Shown: in pieces, positions 17,275 through 27,197 of the stretch
Position numbering within the stretch: position 1 is the first letter of the stretch
How the letters are laid out: every line of letters begins with the position of its first letter
DNA from: Desulfocapsa sulfexigens DSM 10523
GTDB taxonomy: Bacteria; Desulfobacterota; Desulfobulbia; Desulfobulbales; Desulfocapsaceae
Direction of reading: 5' to 3'
Assembly (NCBI RefSeq): GCF_000341395.1
Contig: NC_020304.1
Coordinates: 2,670,001 to 2,702,000 of the forward strand
Length of the DNA: 32,000 bases
Notes under the pieces: model-generated
Database searches by the model: none
Seen by the model: only the letters and a program-made list of their open reading frames with translations
What the model was told of the DNA's origin: nothing
Program-made: the position numbers and the translations under genes

Positions 17275-18321
17275 ATGAATATTCTCGTTGATCTCTATCA
17301 TCCTGCACATTTGCATCTTTTTCGAAATGCAATGAAAAAACTTGAAGAACAGGGGCATACCGTAATCTGGGTAACCCGGGATAAAGATATTACGGTTCAG
17401 TTGCTGAATGAATACAAATTACCATATAAAATCCTGACAAAGGCTAAAAAAGGCCTGTGGAACATGTTTTGGGAGTTGGTGGTCCATGATTGTAAGGTTT
17501 GGTACGAGGCTGTTAGAAATGACGTTGATTTGATGGTTGGTACGTCGGTAAGTATTACCCATGCAGCCCTTTTCTGTAAGGCAAAAAGCTGGGTTTTTGA
17601 AGAAGATGATGCCAAGCAGGCAAAACTCATGACATATCTGTCCTATCCCTTTGCATCCAAAATCATTACTCCTGATTTTCTTGCTCATGAGAAACACGGA
17701 AAAAAACACGTCACCTATCCCAGTTACCACGAATTGGCTTATCTGCATCCGAATAATTTTCAGTCTAACCCAGAGATTCTTGAGGAATTGGGTTTAAAGG
17801 AAGGTGATAAATATTTTATCATGCGTTTTGTTTCTTTGAATGCAAGTCATGATTTTGGGGTGAAGGGACTTTCACTGGAAGCTAAGAAGACCTTGCTTAA
17901 CAAACTCCTTCAACATGGGAAAGTATTTATAACTTCTGAGGCGGAATTGGATAAAGAGTTTGAGCCATACCGCCTGCGTATGCCCCCTCATAAAATTCAT
18001 GATTTGCTTGCATATAGTACCCTTTGCATCGGCGACAGTCAGACTATGGCTATTGAAGCTGCGGTTTTAGGTGTACCAGCTCTTCGCTGTAATTCTTTTG
18101 TGGGAGAGTTGAGTCTATTGAAGGAGCTCGATGATATCTATGGTTTGACATTTGGGTATAGACCGGAGCACGGGGAAGAACTCCTCGCAAAAATAGATGA
18201 ATTACTGGCTGAAGATGATTTGAAGGGGCTATGGCAGAAGAAACTGCAACGTTTTTTTAGTGATAAAATTGATATGACAGAGTGGCTTCTCAAATACATT
18301 GATAGTGAAATGAAAAAGTAG
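17275..18321 (+). CDS. DUF354-family protein (GT-B / UDP-GlcNAc-2-epimerase-like fold, function unknown)
   Basis: The N-terminus MNILVDLYHPAHLHLFRNAMKKLEEQGHTVIWVTRDKDIT matches my recollection of the DUF354 signature (I.ID..HPAHVHFFKN...L...GH.V..T.RDK). Confidence 0.6.
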   Translation: MNILVDLYHPAHLHLFRNAMKKLEEQGHTVIWVTRDKDITVQLLNEYKLPYKILTKAKKGLWNMFWELVVHDCKVWYEAVRNDVDLMVGTSVSITHAALFCKAKSWVFEEDDAKQAKLMTYLSYPFASKIITPDFLAHEKHGKKHVTYPSYHELAYLHPNNFQSNPEILEELGLKEGDKYFIMRFVSLNASHDFGVKGLSLEAKKTLLNKLLQHGKVFITSEAELDKEFEPYRLRMPPHKIHDLLAYSTLCIGDSQTMAIEAAVLGVPALRCNSFVGELSLLKELDDIYGLTFGYRPEHGEELLAKIDELLAEDDLKGLWQKKLQRFFSDKIDMTEWLLKYIDSEMKK

Positions 18322-18541
18322 AAAGAATGTTCGTCATAGAACGTGTGACAATTCTGTTCTAGAATGAGAGTGGTGTGTCCGATCCTTCCGTTGGTGTTTA
18401 TCTTGACCTGTCTCTGTGTGGATCAGTCATTTCCGGTAACGCCTTTTTTGTGGCTTGCTTAGGAGGATTCTGGTTTGCCTTATCCCCGTCTGATAGCTTT
18501 GCCAATAAATTCTATTTTGGTAGACATTTTAATAGCTTACT

Positions 18542-19591
18542 ATGCAACGGAATGATTTTTTAGATTTTTTGAAGGGGAGCCTGATAACATTGGTCTGTAT
18601 TGGTCATGCTAACCAGTATGTTGTCCACCAAGACCGTGACTTTTTTCAAGATCCGTTATTCAAGGCGATATATATGTTTCACATGCCTTTGTTTATGGCA
18701 GTTGCCGGTTATCTTTCCCACCGTGGAATCACGGAGGAAAAAGGCCGATTTTTCTATATTATACGGAGGGCATCCAGTTATTTGCTCCCCATATTTGCTT
18801 GGACGATAATTGAACACAGTTCACGCTATTTTGTGTTTAGCCAACCTGTAAATTTTGATATTATTTTTGGTTATACTGGGTTGGACAGACTTTGGTTTCT
18901 TTGGGCACTTATCGAATCCGTTGTGGTGACAGTATTTGCTACACTGTTTGGTAAATATAGACCCATTATGCTCCTGGTATCTTTTGTGGCGATTCTTGCC
19001 ATACCTGACACATCTCATTTTTATCTGTTGAAGTATGTCTTTCCATTTTTTCTGTTTGGTTTCTATTTGGCCGGGAGTAATCTTAAACGAATTGTGATAA
19101 CCAACATTCAATGGCTGGTGTTACTGTCAGCAGTTGCAAGTCTACTTTGTTTTTTTATATGGGATCAGCATACCTATATATACATTTCTAAAATGTCACT
19201 TACATCTGAGAATATCCCTAATATTGTGTTTCGCTGGGTGGCCGGGGGAGTTGCTTCTCTGTTTTTTGTCTCCTTTCTCTATCTTTCCAATTCTTTTATT
19301 TCAGTAATGGTAAAAAAAATAATCATACTTGCTGGACGAGACTCCATCTATATCTATATTCTTCAGACGTATATATTTCTTTTTCTCTTTGCCCTGGTTT
19401 CGCGGGTTATTCAACCAATCTCTAACATCTTTATTGGGGGCTCATTGTCAATAATTACTGGATGTGTGGTGACTCTATGTAGTTTGTGGATTGGAAATAT
19501 CATCGCTCAGAACAGACATCTTGATCGTGTGCTGTTCGGTAAACTCCGACCCAGAAATTCGACCACTACACAAATAAAACAGCTTAATTAA
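18542..19591 (+). CDS. acyltransferase family 3 integral membrane O-acyltransferase
   Basis: 349 aa with about 10 hydrophobic helices. It has the N-terminal FLDFLKGSLITLVCIGHA motif and FHMPLFMAVAGY, typical of the Acyl_transf_3 family. Confidence 0.75.
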   Translation: MQRNDFLDFLKGSLITLVCIGHANQYVVHQDRDFFQDPLFKAIYMFHMPLFMAVAGYLSHRGITEEKGRFFYIIRRASSYLLPIFAWTIIEHSSRYFVFSQPVNFDIIFGYTGLDRLWFLWALIESVVVTVFATLFGKYRPIMLLVSFVAILAIPDTSHFYLLKYVFPFFLFGFYLAGSNLKRIVITNIQWLVLLSAVASLLCFFIWDQHTYIYISKMSLTSENIPNIVFRWVAGGVASLFFVSFLYLSNSFISVMVKKIIILAGRDSIYIYILQTYIFLFLFALVSRVIQPISNIFIGGSLSIITGCVVTLCSLWIGNIIAQNRHLDRVLFGKLRPRNSTTTQIKQLN

Positions 19592-19623
19592 CAGCGTTAA
19601 TTCCCAATGTAGTCAAAGTAATT

Positions 19624-20814
19624 ATGGAGAATCTAAGGGACAAAGTACTGTTGGTTGTTTCTCAAAATTATGCAAGTTTTGTTAAGGATCAAGTTGAAAG
19701 CATAGCTCCTTATTTCAGGCGTGTGTATGTTCTTGCGGTCACCAGACCTGTGGCAGAAATCTCCAATTTTCTTCCTATACATAGCCTTAAACCATTCAGA
19801 CAGAAAGTGAAAATCAACCTTTCTGAGTTACCTGAAAATGTTACCGTCATTACCACTCCGCTGTATTATCTTCCATTTTCGTTTTGGTATAAAAAAGTTG
19901 GTGAACAGCACCTAAGAGCAGTACGTAAAGCTATTAAAAAGAATGATATTTCTTTTGATATTATCCACTGCCATTTTACCTATTCTTCTGGTTATGTTGG
20001 AAAACGATTAAAGGAAGAGTTTCGGGTTCCGTTAATTGTTACTGCGCACGGATTTGACGTATACGATCTCCCTTTTCGCAATGCTTTTTGGCAAAAAAAG
20101 GTTGCCGCTACTCTTAAAAGTGCAAATAGGATCATCACTGTAAGCAAAAATAATGTGGAATGTATCAGGAGAATTGGGGTAGAAACAGCGGTGGATCTGA
20201 TTCCGAATGGATATCAGAAGAAGCTTTTTTATCCCTTGGGGAAAATTAAGTCTAGAAGGACATTACAATTACCTGAATCAGGGAAGGTAATTGTATCAGT
20301 TGGAAACTTGATTGCTGTGAAAGGACACAAGTATCTTGTTGAAGCTGTATCTGGATTGCAAAAACAGCACAAGGACCTTTTCTGTTATATAATTGGCAGC
20401 GGAGGATGCAGAAAGCAGTTAGAAGCACAAATAAGCAGGCTTGGGCTTGGGGAAAAAGTCATTCTGGTTGGTGCGCTAAGACATGATGAAATAAACACCT
20501 GGCTTGGCGCTGCTGATATGTTTGTGTTACCAAGTCTTAAAGAGGGCAATCCTACCGTACTCTTTGAATCTCTGGCTTGTGGCTGTCCTTTTATCAGTGC
20601 TCATGTTGGTGGTGTTTCTGAAATAATAGATGATGAGAAACTCGGGTACCTTTTTCATCCAGGAAATGTTAAGGATATGGAGGTTGCTCTGGGGAAAGCT
20701 TTGACCAGGCATTGGGATAAGGAATATATTATTGAAAAATCTCAGGCCTATTCTTGGGAATGTATCGCCGTTGAGATTGTGAAGAGCTACGGTGCTGTTT
20801 TAGAGTCCTGTTGA
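19624..20814 (+). CDS. family 4 (GT-B) glycosyltransferase
   Basis: The C-terminal half has SVGNLIAVKGHKYL and PSLKEGNPTVLFESLACGCPFISAHVGGVSEII, the E-x7-E motif of retaining GT4 enzymes. Confidence 0.85.
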   Translation: MENLRDKVLLVVSQNYASFVKDQVESIAPYFRRVYVLAVTRPVAEISNFLPIHSLKPFRQKVKINLSELPENVTVITTPLYYLPFSFWYKKVGEQHLRAVRKAIKKNDISFDIIHCHFTYSSGYVGKRLKEEFRVPLIVTAHGFDVYDLPFRNAFWQKKVAATLKSANRIITVSKNNVECIRRIGVETAVDLIPNGYQKKLFYPLGKIKSRRTLQLPESGKVIVSVGNLIAVKGHKYLVEAVSGLQKQHKDLFCYIIGSGGCRKQLEAQISRLGLGEKVILVGALRHDEINTWLGAADMFVLPSLKEGNPTVLFESLACGCPFISAHVGGVSEIIDDEKLGYLFHPGNVKDMEVALGKALTRHWDKEYIIEKSQAYSWECIAVEIVKSYGAVLESC

Positions 20815-20832
20815 TTGTTTGAAGGTGAATAA

Positions 20833-21933
20833 TTGAAAATAATTACCGTTGTGGGGGCGCGACCTCAATTTATTAAAGCAGCTGCAGTAAGCCGGGCAAT
20901 CATTGAGCACAATCAAAACAACCGTTTTGCAATACAGGAAAATATTCTTCATACTGGTCAGCATTATGACGAGAAGATGTCATCTGTCTTCTTTGACCAG
21001 TTAGAAATTCCAAAACCAAAGTACAATCTTGGAATAACTGAAAAGACCCACGGAGCTATGACAGGGAAGATGCTTGAACAGATTGAAACTGTACTAATGA
21101 AAGAAGCTCCGGATATCCTTCTCGTTTATGGTGATACTAATTCTACCTTGGCCGGGGCTCTTGCCGCATCGAAGTTACATATTCCTGTTGCCCATGTTGA
21201 GGCAGGGTTACGTTCTTTTAATAGGGCTATGCCGGAAGAAGTGAACAGGGTTCTTACCGATCATATCTCTGATTTCCTGTTTTGCCCTACTCAGACAGCC
21301 GTCAGCAATCTCCACAATGAAGGTGTTGTTGAACACATACACAACGTTGGTGACGTGATGTATGATGTCACTCTGATGTATCGAGAGAAAGCCGAAAAGC
21401 AATACACTTTAAGTAACTGGGGAGTTGGTGAAAAAGGATATGTTTTATGTACTGTTCATCGTGCTGAAAATACTGATGATAAAAAGCGATTGCAGGATGT
21501 TTTTCTGGCTTTGAACGAGATGGCTCATGATATTCCAGTTATATTGCCACTGCACCCCAGAACTCATAAGATGTTATGTGAATATGGGCTTGAGCATTTG
21601 CTTAAAAAACTGCAGGTGATAGAACCGCTATCTTACCTGGAAATGACCCGTCTGGAGATGTCAGCAAAAGCGATTGTTACTGACTCTGGTGGCATACAGA
21701 AAGAGGCGTATTTCCATAGAGTTCCCTGTCTGACATTACGTGATGAGACTGAATGGATTGAAACCGTTGCCATGGGATGTAATTTTCTCTGTGGAGCAGA
21801 GAGAAAAACAATTCTTGCAGGTTGGGCTTCCATTGCGAACAGTGATAATGTTTTTGCAACTGTGGATGAGCAAGGTGAATTGCCGTACGGTAACGGTTTT
21901 GCGTCCAGATTGATCGTAGAGAAGTTGTTATAG
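20833..21933 (+). CDS. wecB: UDP-N-acetylglucosamine 2-epimerase, non-hydrolysing type (WecB/WbpI-like)
   Basis: MKIITVVGARPQFIKAAAV, LVYGDTNSTLAGALAA, HVEAGLRSFN, and TDSGGIQKEAYF. The start is TTG 20833, preceded by GAAGGTGA (20821-20828). Confidence 0.85.
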   Translation: MKIITVVGARPQFIKAAAVSRAIIEHNQNNRFAIQENILHTGQHYDEKMSSVFFDQLEIPKPKYNLGITEKTHGAMTGKMLEQIETVLMKEAPDILLVYGDTNSTLAGALAASKLHIPVAHVEAGLRSFNRAMPEEVNRVLTDHISDFLFCPTQTAVSNLHNEGVVEHIHNVGDVMYDVTLMYREKAEKQYTLSNWGVGEKGYVLCTVHRAENTDDKKRLQDVFLALNEMAHDIPVILPLHPRTHKMLCEYGLEHLLKKLQVIEPLSYLEMTRLEMSAKAIVTDSGGIQKEAYFHRVPCLTLRDETEWIETVAMGCNFLCGAERKTILAGWASIANSDNVFATVDEQGELPYGNGFASRLIVEKLL

Positions 21934-21980
21934 AGCTAGTCTGTGATTTATTAAGACTTCAAACCAGTAGAAGGAATAAA

Positions 21981-21999
21981 ACACTTTTTGAAAAAGTGT
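21981..21999. promoter_or_regulatory. perfect 19-bp palindrome ACACTTTTTGAAAAAGTGT in the wecB-pseB intergenic region (operator or weak hairpin candidate)
   Basis: Read directly: 9-nt arms around a central G. TTGAAA (21988-21993) lies inside it. The pseB ATG is 33 nt downstream. Confidence 0.35.
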
Positions 22000-22019
22000 A
22001 TAAGATAAATTTTTATTAG

Positions 22020-24187
<2,168 letters not shown>

Positions 24188-24410
24188 CTTTTAGTAAAAC
24201 CAGGCAGCATTTCACCTCCCTGATACTATCCTTAAATCCACGCAATTATATTGTACACTGTTACGATGGAGAGACAAGCGTAAAACTATTTTAATAAGCA
24301 CTGTCGCCGTTATATGATCAGGGGAGCCCCAATTGTAGGTGGCTTGGCGATGATGCCTTTGAGCCATTAGGGGAATTGATGATTGTATTTTGCAGAGTGT
24401 TGAGGAAAAA

Positions 24411-25121
24411 ATGAAGAATTTAGCGATAATACCTGCGAGAGGAGGAAGCAAAAGGATACCGAAAAAAAATGTTAAACTATTTTTAGGAAAACCAATTATT
24501 GCCTACTCAATAGAAGTTGCCATTGAATCCGGACTCTTTGACGAAGTGATTGTCTCCACTGATGACCAGGAAATTTCTCGAATTTCGCAAAAATATGGTG
24601 CTAAGGTACCATTTATGAGAAGTGAAGAAAATTCAAATGATTTCGCAATATTAAATGATGTTTTAACTGAAGTTGTTGAAGAGTACTCAAAACGTGAGAT
24701 TGTATTTGATAATGTTTGTATCATTTTAGCCACAGCCCCCTTGATAACAGTTCGCAGTTTGAAGGAATCATATGATTTGATGCATAACAAAGGGTTTGAT
24801 TCGGTTAGACCAGTAGTGAAATTTTCATATCCCATTCAAAGAGCTTTTAAAATGGATGCAACTGGTAAGGTTGAAATGATGCACCCTCAAAATTATAGTA
24901 TGAGGTCTCAAGACCTTGAACCAGCGTACCACGATTCTGGTCAATTTTACTGGATTAATCAAGGTAAGGATCTATTAGATCCCAATAAGGGAGCCTTTGT
25001 GATATCGGAAATGCTTGTTCAGGATATTGACGATGCGGATGATTGGGCACTGGCTGAACTGAAATACAGGCATTTAAACAGGAAGAATGACAATGAATTG
25101 TTACATTCGGGCGGATGCTAA
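24411..25121 (+). CDS. pseF: pseudaminic acid cytidylyltransferase, PseF
   Basis: MKNLAIIPARGGSKRIPKKN (CMP-NulO synthetase P-loop-like motif) and QFYW. GAGGAA lies 4 nt upstream of the ATG at 24411; the track's TTG at 24390 is less likely. Confidence 0.85.
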   Translation: MKNLAIIPARGGSKRIPKKNVKLFLGKPIIAYSIEVAIESGLFDEVIVSTDDQEISRISQKYGAKVPFMRSEENSNDFAILNDVLTEVVEEYSKREIVFDNVCIILATAPLITVRSLKESYDLMHNKGFDSVRPVVKFSYPIQRAFKMDATGKVEMMHPQNYSMRSQDLEPAYHDSGQFYWINQGKDLLDPNKGAFVISEMLVQDIDDADDWALAELKYRHLNRKNDNELLHSGGC

Positions 25122-26121
25122 CGAAATAATAGGCATAGGCCACCTGGTAAGAACTGAAATATTGGCTGATGAATTGAGTGGAAGAGGTTTTGATGTAACG
25201 TTTCTTTGTAAAACAATTCCGGAAAAATTTTGTCAGAAGATCCTTCTTAAGGGGTACCGAGTTGAGATGGTCCCTTTGTTGGGTAAAGAATTGCCATATA
25301 TTACAGAGGTAATATTAAATTCTGATCAGAATGTACTGGTTGTTGATAGTGATATAGAGGAGTTTTATACAGAAGAGTTTCAAAGAACTATTCGACGGAA
25401 TAACATCAGACTAATGATGATTACTTTTTACAATCAGTATCATTATTATGCAGACGTTGTACTAAATCAAAATATAATGGCTCTTTCGCAAACGTATGAT
25501 AGCGAAGTGTATACTCAAAAACTATTGGGCCCCCAATACGTCATTCTTAAAGCTGAATATCAAAAAATATCTAAGAACCTCTCCCACTATAAGAACAAGT
25601 TAGATGGTAAAACGGTACTGCTGACCTTTGGTGGCATTGATGAGCCTGATCGAACCAGTTTTGTTTACAAATCTTTAATTAAGACCCTGCACTCCCCTGC
25701 GAAAATAATTATTGTTTTAGGGGCAATGTACAAATATAAAGCAGACCTTGAAAAAATAATAGAAATTTCACCTATAAAAACAGAGGTATATCAGGACACT
25801 CCCCAAATGCCCTATTTGTTAGCGGAGGCAAATATCGTATTTAATTCTGGTGGATTGACCGTCTGGGAGTCGGGAGCTTTGGGCGCTCTCAATATAATAA
25901 TGGGTTATAGTGAAAGAGAGAAGATAGGAGGACTGTATGCCGGGGAAAATGGGTACGCAATTTATCTTGGTTCTAAGCAGGATTATTCTGTTCAAAGTTT
26001 AGCAGATACAATCGATACTATTTTATGTCAAAATAATCAGAAATATATCTCCAAGCTGAGTGAGTGTATTGATGTGTATGGCGTTAATAAGGTGGCTGAT
26101 GTAATAGAAAACATTCTATAA
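25093..26121 (+). CDS. pseG: UDP-2,4-diacetamido-2,4,6-trideoxy-beta-L-altropyranose hydrolase, PseG
   Basis: The N-terminus IRADANEIIGIGHLVRTEILADEL matches the PseG IRAD...G.GH..R motif. It has a GT-B-like two-domain length and its C-terminal half contains FNSGGLTVWES. The start is ATG 25093 or 25087, and it overlaps the pseF 3' end. Confidence 0.8.
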   Translation: MNCYIRADANEIIGIGHLVRTEILADELSGRGFDVTFLCKTIPEKFCQKILLKGYRVEMVPLLGKELPYITEVILNSDQNVLVVDSDIEEFYTEEFQRTIRRNNIRLMMITFYNQYHYYADVVLNQNIMALSQTYDSEVYTQKLLGPQYVILKAEYQKISKNLSHYKNKLDGKTVLLTFGGIDEPDRTSFVYKSLIKTLHSPAKIIIVLGAMYKYKADLEKIIEISPIKTEVYQDTPQMPYLLAEANIVFNSGGLTVWESGALGALNIIMGYSEREKIGGLYAGENGYAIYLGSKQDYSVQSLADTIDTILCQNNQKYISKLSECIDVYGVNKVADVIENIL

Positions 26122-26184
26122 TCTTAAATGTGATGCGTTTCATGCTGCAGTACACAAATGCTGGAATATGAATTACGGGTAACT

Positions 26185-26203
26185 CTGCTGCCGCTTTCAG
26201 CAG
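26185..26203 (+). other. stem-loop CTGCTG-ccgcttt-CAGCAG in the 109-bp pseG / next-gene spacer
   Basis: A perfect 6-bp stem with a 7-nt loop, read directly. The following T-run (TTTT at 26210-26213) is not adjacent, so this is not a canonical intrinsic terminator. Confidence 0.25.
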
Positions 26204-26230
26204 GAATAATTTTAGGAAAAATCAGTGCAG

Positions 26231-27196
26231 ATGGATAGTCAAAATAAAAATAGAACCGAAATATACAGGAAGGATCGTAGTGCTGAAAATCTTTTTGAAA
26301 TAATGAATAAAGCACTTATTTCAACGGAGAAGGAGTTTATAGAAGGATTTGACGTCCCGATTCATCCTGTTATTTTTATCGTCGGAGCCCAAAGGTCTGG
26401 GACAACTCTTTTGATGCAATTAATGACCCAATATTTTGCCCTCTCGTACCCGAATAATTTTATAGCAAGGTACTGGGATGTCCCTTTTGTTGGGGCGATG
26501 CTTTATAAAAGCTTATCTAAAGACATTGTTGTAGAAAAGCCCAATTTAAATTCTGATCTGGGATATACGCAGGGGATTGAAGGGCCCCACGAGTTTGGGT
26601 ATTTTTGGAGGAAATGGCTTCCATGGGAGAGTTGGGAAGAAAAGAATGACAGTCAGATGGATTATACGGTCTTTAAGAAACAGTTGGCCGCATGGGAGAG
26701 TATAAATAATACACCAATAATATTCAAAAATTTAATACAGGTTGATTTTAACATTCTGACAATTAAAGAAATATTACCAAATGCAGTTTTCATATTTCTA
26801 GAAAGAGATCTTGTATACAATGTACAGTCTACCTACCAATCAAGACTGAGACTATTTGGAGATGATAGAGAGTGGTTTGGAGTAAAACCTCCGCGGTTTC
26901 ATGAATATCAGAAACTACCCGTACTGGAGCAGATTGCTTGTCAAATAATTGATACAAATCATGCAATACGAGAGCAATTAGATAAGGGGGGTGATTGTGA
27001 CGCTGTGACGGTTAGTTACGAAAATTTAATTTTAAATCCTAAGGCAGAACTTGATAGAATAGGGAAAAAACTCCACTTAGAATTAAAGGATAATGTTGAT
27101 TGTTTTGAGGCAGAAGTTACATCAGGAAATAGTGTGAAAGTGGATAGAGCAATATTTGAAAAGATAGAAAAAATATGTAAAAAGATGAAACGTTAA
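26231..27196 (+). CDS. sulfotransferase-family-like protein
   Basis: VIFIVGAQRSGTTLL resembles the 5'-PSB (PAPS 5'-phosphosulfate binding) loop. FIFLERDLVYNVQS resembles the RDP.D...S 3'-PB region. The size (approx 320 aa) fits bacterial Sulfotransfer-type proteins. Motif-level evidence only. The start is ATG 26231 or GTG 26225. Confidence 0.5.
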   Translation: MDSQNKNRTEIYRKDRSAENLFEIMNKALISTEKEFIEGFDVPIHPVIFIVGAQRSGTTLLMQLMTQYFALSYPNNFIARYWDVPFVGAMLYKSLSKDIVVEKPNLNSDLGYTQGIEGPHEFGYFWRKWLPWESWEEKNDSQMDYTVFKKQLAAWESINNTPIIFKNLIQVDFNILTIKEILPNAVFIFLERDLVYNVQSTYQSRLRLFGDDREWFGVKPPRFHEYQKLPVLEQIACQIIDTNHAIREQLDKGGDCDAVTVSYENLILNPKAELDRIGKKLHLELKDNVDCFEAEVTSGNSVKVDRAIFEKIEKICKKMKR

Positions 27197-27197
27197 G

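Noticed and set aside
18375-18563. A 62-aa GTG-start ORF in the leader of the acyltransferase gene
   Set aside because: It has no SD and no motif, and its frame merely runs through the AGGAGG. The uORF in another frame is reported separately at low interest.
24212-24451. A 79-aa minus-strand ORF in the pseC-pseF gap
   Set aside because: It overlaps the SD and start of pseF, has no SD of its own and no recognisable family. It is kept only as part of the gap finding.
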